From Macrostomum lignano (lineage: Eukaryota), in NCBI GenBank assembly GCA_002269645.1, contig NIVC01000342.1:186001-250000 (forward strand): 64,000 nucleotides of DNA, read 5' to 3'. Made by a program: the position numbers and the translations under genes. Positions 1-11,482 of the stretch are shown in pieces. The notes under the pieces are model-generated. The model did no database searches and was not told where the DNA came from. It worked only from the letters and a program-made list of their open reading frames with translations. Within the stretch, counting starts at the first letter, position 1, and every line of letters starts with the position of its first letter.

Positions 1-108
1 GCCTGATGATTAAAGTCCAGGGCCTCCTATTTCAAGGTCAGTGTAGCGAGAGTTAAGGGACAGTGTAAGAACTCTACAAATTATCAAACAAACAAAATTA
101 TTTGCATA

Positions 109-480
109 GGGGGGCCGTAGCCCAGCGGTCTAGCGCAGGCTCTGATGTGCCAGCGACCCAGGCTCGATTCCAAGTGCAGTCACATTAATTTGGGGCTGAA
201 TTGGAATGTCGGCTTGGCTCTGCTCGTGCAATTAACGGCCTTGAGAGCCAACCCCCCAAGGCGCAGTGAAGTGTACATGCCTAACGATAATATAAAGTTA
301 GGGCCGCTGTACACTCCTGTGTGAGTGTGTGCCTGCGTACGTATCCGCACGCTTGTATGCCTGCTCAGGGGAGTCGGCGGAATGGGCAGCAATGCCTCTC
401 GCCGGTTGTGTGCCTATGTCGCTTAAAGTGCGCCAGGGTGCACACAACCCCCCTGCCTCTAATAAAAAAATAAAAATAAA
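109..480 (+). mobile_element. tRNA-headed SINE, copy 1
   Basis: Pol III A-box-like TAGCCCAGCGG and B-box-like GGCTCGATTCC, ~300-bp body, A-rich tail. A degenerate TSD-like aaat(t/g)atttgcat lies on both sides. Alignable by eye to 55291-55648. Confidence 0.75.
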
Positions 481-806
481 TGATTTGCATCATTTATATA
501 TTAGCTCTAAAATCTGCCAAATAAATACAACTACTCGTAAGTAACGAAGACGGCTTTGTATTTTCGTTTTCGAGTAAATGATTGAAATCAATAGAGCGCC
601 GTTCAACAAGATCAAAACCTTCAGAACAAAAAGACGACAATTAAATCCAACGACATGCACGCAATTATTTAAACAAGTCGTGCGCGTTTAGAAAGACTTC
701 GGAATTTGATATTATCGTGTCATTGTACCAAACTCGCTAGCCCAAATTATTGATTTTTATTTTTGACACAAAATCAGCTAGAACACAGCCGTACCTGTGT
801 ATATTA

Positions 807-1380
807 CTGTGCTATCCCTCCTGTGACTTCAGGGAATTGCTGTGCTATCCCTCCTGTGACTTCAGGGAATTGCTGTGCTATCCCTCCTGTGACTTCAGGG
901 AATTGCTGTGCTATCCCTCCTGTGTCTTCAGGGAATTGCTGTGCTATCCCTCCCGTGACTTCAGGGAATTGCTGTGCTATCCCTCCTGTGACTTCAGGGA
1001 ATTGCTGTGCTATCCCTCCTGTGACTTCAGGGAATTGCTGTGCTATCCCTCCTGTGACTTCAGGGAATTGCTGTGCTATCCCTCCTGTGACTTCAGGGAA
1101 TTGCTGTGCTATCCCTCCTGTGACTTCAGGGAATTGCTGTGCTATCCCTCCCGTGACTACAGGGAATTGCTGTGCTATCCCTCCTGTGACTTCAGGGAAT
1201 TGCTGTGCTATCCCTCCTGTGACTTCAGGGAATTGCTGTGCTATCCCTCCTGTGACTTCAGGGAATTGATGTGCTATCCCTCCCGTGTCTTCAGGGAATT
1301 GCTGTGCTATCCCTCCCGTGTCTTCAGGGAATCGCTCTGCTATCCCTCGTGTCTTCAGGAAAACACAGCTATCTGCCTCC
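807..1380. repeat. 33-bp minisatellite (CTGTGCTATCCCTCCTGTGACTTCAGGGAATTG)n, about 17 copies
   Basis: Direct tandem periodicity. It explains the repetitive ORFs at 750-1436. Confidence 0.97.
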
Positions 1381-1838
1381 CCTAAGGAATGAAAACTTTG
1401 TCTATTAAAAATGAATAACCAACTACTCGAACACAAACGACTTTAGTCATAAACAAGATGATGGACATAAGCAAATCAGGGACATGATGAAATCAAATTA
1501 CATGCGATAATTGTAAATATTAGGAACCTTAGTTAGAGGATCATAAAATACCTTTATAGTTTCCAGTCGATATTTTAAGCATCGAGGGTAAAAGCTAAAC
1601 AAGAATATATATTTGAATTTATGTGCGCATATTATTATCTATAGTAGTATCTAGCCCGCTAACACTGGCAGAATACCTTACTGCACCAATACAATGAGAA
1701 TATGATCTGTATAAGCATTTGTTTTAATACAGTAATAAGACATTCACTCAGCAGCGCACAGAGTTGTAAAAGTGACATTTTCTAAGTGACTGGGAGCTCT
1801 TGTAAGCACAAGGTCAACCGGTGCGTGGGGGGGGGGAA

Positions 1839-2135
1839 GGGGCAGAGCAGCCCAGCGGTAAACGCGACTGACACTCACGCAACGACCCCTGGTTCGTTTC
1901 CGTGCGCAAACACATTAATTTGGGGCTCGTGCAAAAAAATTAGCCGGGAGCCGCTGTACACCCTGTGTGAGCGTGTGTGTGAGTGCGTGTACTGTACGCG
2001 TGCCTGCGTACAGTATTGCATGCACTCAGGAGTTAGCGGAGTGGGCAGAATTGCCGTCAGCGCTGGCTGCGTTGCGGGGTGATGTCGCCGAAGGCGTTGA
2101 GCCAGTGTATTTTTCTGGGAGTGTCTCAGATCCAG
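1839..2135 (+). mobile_element. SINE related to copy 1, different tRNA-like head, shared body
   Basis: A-box-like CAGCCCAGCGG and B-box-like GGTTCGTTTCC. It shares CACATTAATTTGGGGCT, GCCGCTGTACAC, GCCTGCGTAC and CTCAGG...TGGGCAG with 109-480. The 3' end is not defined. Confidence 0.55.
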
Positions 2136-2149
2136 GAACTGGGGATTTG

Positions 2150-2500
2150 TAGCCCAGCAACTGAGGATCTGGGAGGCTGGCCTAGCAACTGAGGATCTGG
2201 GAGGCTGGCCTAGCAACTGAGGATCTGGGAGGCTGGCCTAGCAACTGAGGATCTGGGAGGCTGGCCTAGCAACTGAAGATGTGGGAGACTGGCCTAGCAA
2301 CTGAATATGTGGGAGACTGGCCCAGCAACTGAGGATCTGGGAGGCTGGCCTAGCAACTGAGGATCTGGGAGGCTGGCCTAGCAACTGAGGATCTGGGAGG
2401 CTGGCCTAGCAACTGAAGATGTGGGAGACTGGCCTAGCAACTGAAGATCTGGGAGGCTGGCCCAGAAATTGGGATCTGGGAAGGTGGCCCAGTAATGGAG
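2150..2500. repeat. 28-bp minisatellite (GCAACTGAGGATCTGGGAGGCTGGCCTA)n
   Basis: Tandem periodicity; related to the array at 3255-3910. Confidence 0.95.
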
Positions 2501-2779
2501 GATCCGGAAGGCTGGTCGCCCAGCAACTGAGGATGTGGGTCTGGGAGGATGGCGATGGCCATATGAACTGAGAATCTGGGATCATCTATAGATTTATAAG
2601 GCCTTATAAGCCCATGATATATGAATGACATGCTAGATTGTAATCATACATAGATGAAAAAACAGCATTGCCTTCAAACTCCCTGACTCAATTGGCACAG
2701 TGCAATGCAGACATTTGCATAGATAGTGAATCAAAATCAACTATTTAAAGAAGTCTTCATGCAGTAGGCAGATTTAAAT

Positions 2780-3111
2780 TTAACCAACGCATGCACTGAC
2801 GGCATTCTTAATAGCCGTCCTAGCATAGGGGATATAGCTAATTGAATACCAGGTGAGCGCCAGGAACTCCAGAATGCAGAATAGCACAGTTAGGGCTACA
2901 TTGTTCCACAGAAGAGCAGACAGCAGAGCCAGGGTCATGAATAGCAGCATGAGCAGTGTGGCAATCAGCCGGGTTGGCGCGAACATCTTTTTCAGCTGGT
3001 TGAGAGGGCCCATCAGAAAGCAGGTAGACGTCAGCGACAGGATGTTGCCGAACGTGTAGAATATCCCGAATATGATGACCCGCGACCGGGGATGGCCAGA
3101 AAGAAGCTGCC
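2780..3111 (-). CDS. SFT2D1/2: SFT2/Got1-family vesicle transport protein, last coding exon (apparent 1-nt deletion near 3079-3081)
   Basis: Acceptor ctgcag at 3112-3117. Reads GSFFLAIPGRG / VIIFGIFYTFGNILSLTSTCFLMGPLNQLKKMF...WYSISYIPYAR, matching the SFT2D pattern FYTxGN...STCFLMGPxxQLKxMF...WYSLSYIPxAR. The exon is 332 nt, one short of 333. Confidence 0.93.
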
Positions 3112-3254
3112 CTGCAGTTGTGGGACATTTTTTGGTAAGGTTTAATTAAACACTCCGGTTTGTATCTTACACTTGATATCCAGTGTATTGATTTTGAAAT
3201 CTTATTCATTTTAACATTGTTAGAGGGCGGTTGATAAGACGGATCCAGGAGGGT

Positions 3255-3910
3255 GGCGGTGGCCAGAAACTGAGGATCTGGGAGGGTGGCGGTGGCCCAG
3301 CAACTGAGGATCTGGGAGGGTGGCGGTGGCCCAGCAACTGAGGATCTGTGAGAGTGGCCCAGCAACTGAGGATCTCGGAGGCTGGCTCAGCAACTAAGGA
3401 TCTGGGAGGGTGGCTCAGCAACTGAGGCTCTGTCAGAGTGGCCCAGCAACTGAGGATCTGGGAGAGTGGCTCAGCAACTGAGGATCTGTGAGAGTGGCCC
3501 AGCAACTGAGGATCTGGGAAGGGTGGCGGTGACCCAGCAACTGAGGATCTGGGAGGGTGGCAGTGACCCAGCAACTGAGGATCTGGGAGGGTGGCAGTGG
3601 CCCAGCAACTGAGGATCTGTGAGAGTGGGTCAGCAACTGAGGATCTGTGAGAGTGGCCCAGCAACTGAGGATCTGGGAGGGTGGCGGTGGCCCAGCAACT
3701 GAGGATCTGGGAAGGGTGGCGGTTGCCCAGCAACTGAGGATCTGGGAGGGTGGCAGTGGCCCAGCAACTGAGGATCTGGGAGGGTGGCGGTGGCCCAGCA
3801 ACTGAGGATCTGGGAAGGGTGGCGGTTGCCCAGCAACTGAGGATCTGGGAGGGTGGCAGTGGCCCAGCAACTGGAGGATCTGGGAGGGTGGTGACGGTGG
3901 CTCAGAAACT
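3255..3910. repeat. 28-35-bp minisatellite in SFT2 intron (CCCAGCAACTGAGGATCTGGGAGGGTGGCGGTGG variants)
   Basis: Tandem periodicity. Confidence 0.95.
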
Positions 3911-4028
3911 GAGATCTGTGTTGTGGGAGGGGTGATGGCTCAACATGATTGTCTAGAACTCTGAATCTGAACAAGCACACCTAGATCTCTAGACTGTAGG
4001 CATATTCGAAAATTGGAGCGCCGCCTAC

Positions 4029-4115
4029 CAGCAGAGAAAAGGCCCAGCCAATGGAGAAACAGATCAGGAAGCCTTTGATCCGAGTGCTCCAGCTGAAAGT
4101 TGCGCCCTCGTTTAT
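4029..4115 (-). CDS. SFT2D1/2: SFT2 coding exon 2 (INEGATFSWSTRIKGFLICFSIGWAFSLL)
   Basis: 87 nt with ttgcag acceptor and gtaggc donor, phase 0/0. Matches the SFT2D motif SWxTRIKGFxxCF. Confidence 0.93.
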
Positions 4116-4729
4116 CTGCAATCGAAAGAAACAGTCAAATTCTTGCTATTGTTGGGTTTTTTAGTGGTTAAAACCGCTCTACTGTACTGACAGTAGCGCA
4201 AATCTAAATGAGGTAAAAATATATGCAAAAGAAGAAAAAGACAACATTAATTAATAAATACTGTGCAGACGGAAAACAAGATAATTTTATACAACTTTGT
4301 GTCCAAGTCTAGCTGCACCAACACCACTGCATAGGCCACACTGTTACAGACACAGGAATGTAATAAGCAATTTTAGACCAATTGGTAGCAGAAAACATTA
4401 TTCAGTCAGGTAATTACACAATGTTACAAAACAATGACTAAGAAATGCATGCTAAATTAGTTAGTGCTAGATTTTTATAACAAACAATACCTATGTACTG
4501 TCATGAAGGAAATATTACAAACTGAAGGAAATGGATAAAACAGAGATTGAATACAATACCCACACTTCTGAGCAGAGGAACATCGTCTTCTTCCTAAAGT
4601 AAAGAGAAAAATCTGCACTTTAATCGCTAAATGAGAATAAAAATGATGGAAAACACTGCTAGCTGATAAGCCTAAAGACTTAATTTAATTTTAAAAAAAC
4701 ATACACAACAAAGTATATGAACTACTTAC

Positions 4730-4801
4730 ATCAGAGAAGATGCCACTTCTTGTCTCCGCTTCCTCATCATCTCCACTCAGGACTTTCTTCAGTTTGTCCA
4801 T
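4730..4801 (-). CDS. SFT2D1/2: SFT2 coding exon 1 (MDKLKKVLSGDDEEAETRSGIFSD)
   Basis: ATG at 4801-4799 and gtaagt donor. The N-terminus MDKLKKVLSG matches vertebrate SFT2D2. A tttttctag acceptor at 4827-4835 lies upstream of the ATG. Confidence 0.93.
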
Positions 4802-7739
4802 TTTATTTGCTTAGTTGCAGATATGGCTAGAAAAAATAAAAACCATTTATAATTGTTTGTCTAATACTTGTGAAATTAGGCAAACATTTATAGTATAGAA
4901 TTCACTAGATCTAAAATAGAAAATATTTAATTAAAGCATTTCATTTTATCAACAGAATTTTAATAGCATAAATATATATAACAAAGTAGTAATTTATGTT
5001 TTATCTGAATATAGATTTTTCCTATAGTCTATCTATATCACTATTTTTTCATTATTTTTTTTTCTTTTTTTCTTTAACTTTATACAACTTTCTTGCTATG
5101 GTTGCAATATACCACTAGCTAGCAACACTTGGTAAGAATATTTGTTGTTTAAATCTCCAACCTTAGGGACTTATAGCTCTTCTAACAAAAACTTTCATTG
5201 GTAACAATTCATTTATTGCTTAATAAGATTTTCTATTACCCAACCCCCACTTATCAAATTAATAGATAGATATGAGAACTAGATATGAAGAATATATGTT
5301 CTAATAATAACCATATCTATATCTATAAACATTTTGTCAAAAACCTTCTATATCTATAACTTCCTATAGCCACATCTATAGTTAGATGTTTATGTAGAAC
5401 TCTATTATACAATATTAAGGAATTATTTTATTTAAATATATAAAATAAGACTATTTTCATTATATAGAAAGGCTATAAAAAAGCAAAATTTAAGGAAAAT
5501 AACTTGAATGACTTGTTTACTTATATGTATTTGACCAAAGTTAGCATTATGAGCTTTTATCTTAATAATACCTAGGACTATAAAAAACAGAAATAATACA
5601 TTACTAATATAACTTAACCAATAATATATAAACAATACTACTGTAAATATTTTACTAGAGTCCTAAAAATCTACAGACAGTACTAGAAATAACTAATAAG
5701 CTATTTTAATATTCTTTAGAGATAAAAACACTTATGAATTAGTGGCAAAAAATATTACCATAGAAAATGAGGTCCTACTATTTTAATTTTATCCTAGATA
5801 GATAGATTTAGTAGAATTAATGGCACTATATTATTAGGCCCTTTTAATCAATGTTTTTGCTAGCATTATGATATAAAATCATATATTTATAAAGTCTAAA
5901 GATACAACTTATGACTTTTAAGTAATAAATAACTTAGCTTAGAGTTGGCTACCACTAGTCACTTTGATAAGAAAATTTTTGGCAAAACTTTTTGGCCTTT
6001 TTGGCAAAAACATTTAGGCCTATCTAGTCTAGGCCTAGAATGGCCTAGTCCTAACCCCTATTAGAAAATATGCCTTTTTTTGCAATTCGCCAATCTATAT
6101 TGTATATTATATACTTTGCTAAGGCCTAAGGGTAAGGCTAATGAACTTTAATTTGGTTTTTAAATAAACTTTATTGGCAACAAAATGTAGCAAAAGGAAG
6201 AAAAGTGGCAAGCAGCATGACTCCACTGTCCTTATGTGGCTCAAAGGGGCACTAGGAAACATCAGTTTAAAGTAGCCATCAGCCTATAACCAGAAGCCAG
6301 GTTGTAGGTTACTAGATAAAAGTGGCCTCAGCTGATTATTAGGCTAAGGCCCATAGCCATTAGCATAGCATAGATTGGAATAATAACATAGCTCACAGAA
6401 TAGCTAAGCAGCGAGTGGCAAGTATCACTAAGTACAGAAGCCAAGCAAAAATTTTAAAATAAGATATGGTGCAATGCCTTTTATTTGTGCAATATCTGTA
6501 TCTATGATACGATAAATAGTCTATCTAAAGATCCAGGGTCCTCTTCTTTTTTTAAATCCTGGTATTTTAACCAGAAATAATTTTTATAAAAAACAAAAAT
6601 AATTTTTAACATTAACCCATTCAAACAAGTAACCAAGCCAAAATAGTAGTAACTCAAGCCACACGTAAAGAAAAAATAGCTAAATCAACACGACAACAGA
6701 AGGACACTAGACATCTCAAAATATGGCTAATCGCCAAATTTTAAATTTTGTTCCAATAGGGCATGTGGCAATGGGCAATAGGTTCCAGGAAATTTCGTCA
6801 ACTGGCATTTCGTCAACCGGCATTTCGTCAACTGGTATTTTATCAACCAGACATTACGGCAACTGGACATTTAGTTCAAGCCAAAATTATTCGTCCGTCA
6901 TGTTAGCCGTCATGTTAGCCTGTTAGCCGTTCATCTGCACTAAATGACAAATTAAATCTACATGTACAATTGTATTTAGTTATCTCTCAGAACCTAGTCC
7001 ACCCACCTGCATGCATCACTTATTTAATATTTAAAGGAATGCCTTGAAGTATCGCACCAGTGTTGCAGGCACGGTGAAACCATTTCCTGCAGCTGTCGCA
7101 GTCTAGTCCGTCATCACCATCATTGACGCCCTTTCGGCAAACAGGGCATTTTGGAGCTCGCCGACGCCCGCGAGGTATTGTTCAGCTGCACGATGCAACC
7201 CCAAGGCGCGACAGACACCATTGAGGATCGAACGTTTCTACGAAAATGTACTTCCAAGAAGGGTACACGTTTTAAACAAATTTTACATCTCATTTCCACT
7301 TTTCACATACTCTGGCTGGTGCAGCTATAACAATCAGCTACAATTTGCTAATTAACTGTGCAGAACAGATGGCGGCACAGTACAGTGCTATTAATAAAGC
7401 GTTAAATGATGCGGATGTTGTCGTGGTTGCGGCCCACCCTAGACCATAGAAACCATCTGGGCGGAGCCCATGAAACTGGAGCCCTGGAGTCCAGCGAGGC
7501 AGAAGAGACAGCGCTCTCCTTCACAACTTCAAAACGACCATTCTTCATTTTTGATTGCAATCGACCTCTTGTCCCAAACCAAACATCCTATGAAAAGGAA
7601 CATCCGGAACACTGACTATGGACAGTGTTCTGGCCAAGGACCACTGTATATAGCTATATACAGTGGTCCTTGGTTCTGGCTTTCACGGAAACCCTGTAAC
7701 TGTAATTAATGCCATGCAGACAGATCAGCTAACCACGTC

Positions 7740-8525
7740 GTTCCCTTTCAGGAAGTGTATGGATGCCCTCGCAGACTTCTCTTACCTCCTGTCCTCTCAC
7801 GCCCACAAATGCCAAAAATCTGCTCCCAGTTGGCACCCGGCTCTTGGATTCCTCCGGCGCAAGGCAATGTCTCCAACGGAATGCTCGCTAGAGCAAGGAT
7901 CCGGCTGACCAGCTGGTCGCCCATCTTTCGCGACTTTAGCGTGAAATTAGGAAAGCCAAGTCCGACAAAGCTGGAGCGCGCCGTGCGCCTACGGTGAATA
8001 CGCGCTCTCGCTTTTTCTCGACATTGATGGCGCTTTCGGTAGTGGGTGCTTTTGAAGTCTTTAGACAGGCCCTGAAATCCCGGGCCACACACGAAAGCAC
8101 AGCTCACCCGCTGGATCATGTACATGGACTCCCACCGGACTGTCACCTCGCACCTCCTCGGACCTCCTCGGAGGTCTCGCGGATCTGCGGCCGCACGGCG
8201 ACCTCATGGCCTGCGAGACCTGGAAGCACCGCGGGAGGCCTGCTGAGTGCTGACCCTCTCAGACGGAATGCCGTCCACGCTCTACCCTTCTGCTAAAATT
8301 CAAAACTACGAGTAGCAATCCAGCATGCCAGGAAGCAAGGAACAACTGGCAACCTCGGAAAGTCCACAGCTGCTTCACTGATGGGTCCCAAATCAGCTCC
8401 GCCTCTGGCTATACGGCTACTGCATCGTGTCTGGAGGGAGAACTGTGGCGACTTTTCGATCCCAGCACACTGGCACCTGCTCTACCGTCTTCCTGAACGA
8501 AGTTCTCGCCATCCGAGTACCCTCA
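7740..8525 (+). mobile_element. Decayed non-LTR retrotransposon (RT plus RNase H; R1/LOA/I-type), internally deleted
   Basis: GEYALSLFLDIDGAF at 7993-8037 resembles the LINE RT motif FLDIxGAFD. CFTDGS at 8371-8388 and STVFLNEVLAI downstream resemble LINE RNase H motifs (YTDGS, TVFQAExxAI). Stops and frameshifts throughout. Confidence 0.75.
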
Positions 8526-10480
8526 ATTAAAACAGTCAAGCGACGATTCTGCTACTGATGTCACACTCAAGAATTGTAAAAGTTTTTTTTTCTCTGCGTG
8601 CGATATTCGCATCATACTCTGCATGTTGCACTACTGATGACAGTAGTAGAAATCTAGTGTGACAGTTGAATCGCTAGTCAACACATTATAAAGTTAAGAA
8701 ATCTGCTTAACGACCGACATCGAGTAAAGTGAATTGTACGGGCTATATTCCATTATAAATTTCTTAAATTCATAGCAACACGAGGATAGGATTTCTGGCT
8801 ATTTGAATTCAATGAAATTTCATGTAAATTATAGTGATATACACGCTCATAGGGTGAAACGACGATGTTTGGCAGTGGGAGATCAAAACACGTCGAAGGC
8901 CCTACGGGCAGTGATCGATATACATGCATTTATATTGATATCAATTTGTACACACAGAGCGAGATGTGCACATTTGCACCATTGAAGCTTTGTAAGTAAC
9001 ATTCAAAACCAATTCAGTCGATCGACAGAAAGGCGCATGTCAAGCATAAGATCGGTGCTTGTTTAGTTTTTTATTAATTTATTTGAAATTTGAGGTGGAA
9101 CTTTGCATGCATGCTTAAAATTTATAAATCAAGCATTATTTATACATGTACACAAATAATGAGAGAACAGGATATACGATCAGTACTTTAAAAGCATTTT
9201 GTGTACACAATACGAGTATATATGTGCAATGTGCATATATATGTTACAAAAGTAAAACTTTTCTTAGTAGTAGTCCCACTGCATGTACTTTTTACCCACA
9301 TGTAACCGCTTATAAAATGTAACTTTTTTATTTTTTGGATGCTGATATGTATCGAAAACAACATTTTAAATAGGCAGAACTATTCATACAGAGCCTGTTT
9401 GGTTCAATGTCAAGCCTACTAACTGTTTTGGAAATACATGTAAATGTAAATAGAAAAATATCCATCGTATACGCTCGAATTTTTATATCATATGTTTTAA
9501 GCATGTATACCTACATGCACATCTGTACGTACATCATCGTATGAATCGTTGTTGAACAGGAAAAGAATTGGACTCGCAACGAAAATGTTGGTAGAAGAAA
9601 TGATGAATTTAAATAAATACACATAATAAAAAATGGCGGCGTGGCAAAAGTGGGTGTCAAATTAGCCATGAGGGAATTGCCAGTTCGGACAAGTATAGTG
9701 GACCGCCCAAATTGATTGGCAAAGGTTGGAGTTGCTGTTGGCTCAACACCGTTTCCCTCAGGCCGCAGCCCACCGGTGAAAATTTATATCTATTCTGCTA
9801 TTTATGTTGTGCTTCAACTCCAAAAGGATGGTGAAATCTTTACTCTTTTCATTGTATCGTTCTCATCGTACGCACATAGCACTACTGAGTTATGAGTTGA
9901 CATTAGAAATTCCGTTTTGGCGAAAGATTTTAAAAGCAATTTCTAAATAAAGCCTAGGTTTACATTATTTAATTACTACTGAACTACTAAGTAAAATAAT
10001 CCAAATAAATAGCGACTCGTACTGGCCAAACAGCCCAAAACAGGCTGCATGTTTTGGATTGAGCCATCCTACACTTCACCACTGCTACTTTTATTAGGCT
10101 CAACTCAAACATTAACTCTGGAGGCTTTTTGCTGATGTTACATTTTTTGTGGCCAGGATAGGCATAAACTGTACGTTAGTATCCTAGACCCTTGATTATT
10201 CATGAGACATCTGTTACCATGCAGCCATCGCTAATAAGCATATGAGGAAAATGTCGCCCCGCATCGGCAAATACCCAAAATCAAATTATACTTGATGGCA
10301 AGGCTGCATCTGATGTACACATCGATTGTTAGCACGGCAGGAAGTTTGCTAGCTAAACCCTATTCTTAAAAACTTATTTTAATGTTTGATATTTTAACAG
10401 AAGGGCCTCTTACTATTCAGTTAAAATTAGTTTGTTTCAACGATAAGTTCCTAGAAAAACGGCAACCGATTAAAAAGTAG

Positions 10481-11430
10481 TGAGGTGGGGGTGGAGAAGA
10501 AAATAAAAAGAAAACTTTGAAATTGGGAGAATAAAATTTGGGTTTGTCGTCGGCACGTAAAGCCGGAAAATTGTGCAATTGATGCGTTGATTCTTCTCCT
10601 TGGTTACTCCGTCTGCCGGGTCCTCAATTCCGGGGGGAGGGTAGTCGTAATCGTAGTCGAGCGGTCTAGTAGCGGCCCGAGTCGTTCAGAATGGGTCCTC
10701 AGACACCGTAAACTCGTGATTCGTCGAGAATTGCTAGTTGTGTTACTCTCAGTAGTAAAGTAGCGCTGCCACCACCGTAAATGTCGTTTTACGGAACGTT
10801 TAGGGTCTCAGAGCTTTCTTTGAGATGAGACTGATTGGTTATTTTACGCCCCGCGGGCAAATGACTCAATAGAAACTAAAGGCTTCGATTCTGAACAACT
10901 GTATGAATAATATTAATATTGGCGAACTTATTAATTAGGATTGCGTGGTTATTATTATTGTTACTTATTTATTACTACGCGAGATGAAACGATCAGAAAC
11001 AGAAAAGGAGAACTAGAATTAAAACTAAAACTAACTAAACTAACACACACAAAACTAAAACTAACGAACAAAAGAAAAAAAAACTAAAAGGGGGGGGGGG
11101 CAAAAAAATGTCTCCAGAGAAAACTCATATAAATAACATTTTGGCGGGAAGGATCCCAGGGGTGGGACGGAGGATGGGACAAGGGAAGGGACAACGAAGG
11201 GAAAAAGGAAAACCCGGCCGCTGGAAACATTAAAACAACAGGGGCCAAGGGAGGGAACAGAAAAGGGAACAGACGAGGGAGCAAGGGCGGGAACAACCGG
11301 GGGAACAAACCAGGGAACAAAAATTGAAAAAAATGACGTCAATCCGTCCGTGGAACTGGGTGGAATGTCCCGCCGGTGTTCGCGCTAGAGGCCTGCCGTC
11401 GTTCTCCCAGTGGTAGACCGGCCTACCACA
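10481..11430 (-). repeat. 3' LTR (950 bp)
   Basis: Starts TGTGGTAGG and ends CCACCTCA on the minus strand. Direct repeat of 19394-20341. Confidence 0.97.
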
Positions 11431-11482
11431 GGCGCGGGGGCGCCGGGGCGAACGGCAGCAGACAGACGAACTCCCGGACGTC

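Noticed and set aside
8628-8660. Second hammerhead-like motif (CUGAUGA...GAAA UC with a 6-bp stem I)
   Set aside because: Stem II cannot pair, helix III is absent, and there is no Penelope context, so it is probably chance.
11061-11342. Pro/Phe-rich ORFs within both LTRs (also 19874-20252)
   Set aside because: They come from low-complexity LTR sequence, and reading frames differ between the two LTRs because of homopolymer changes.
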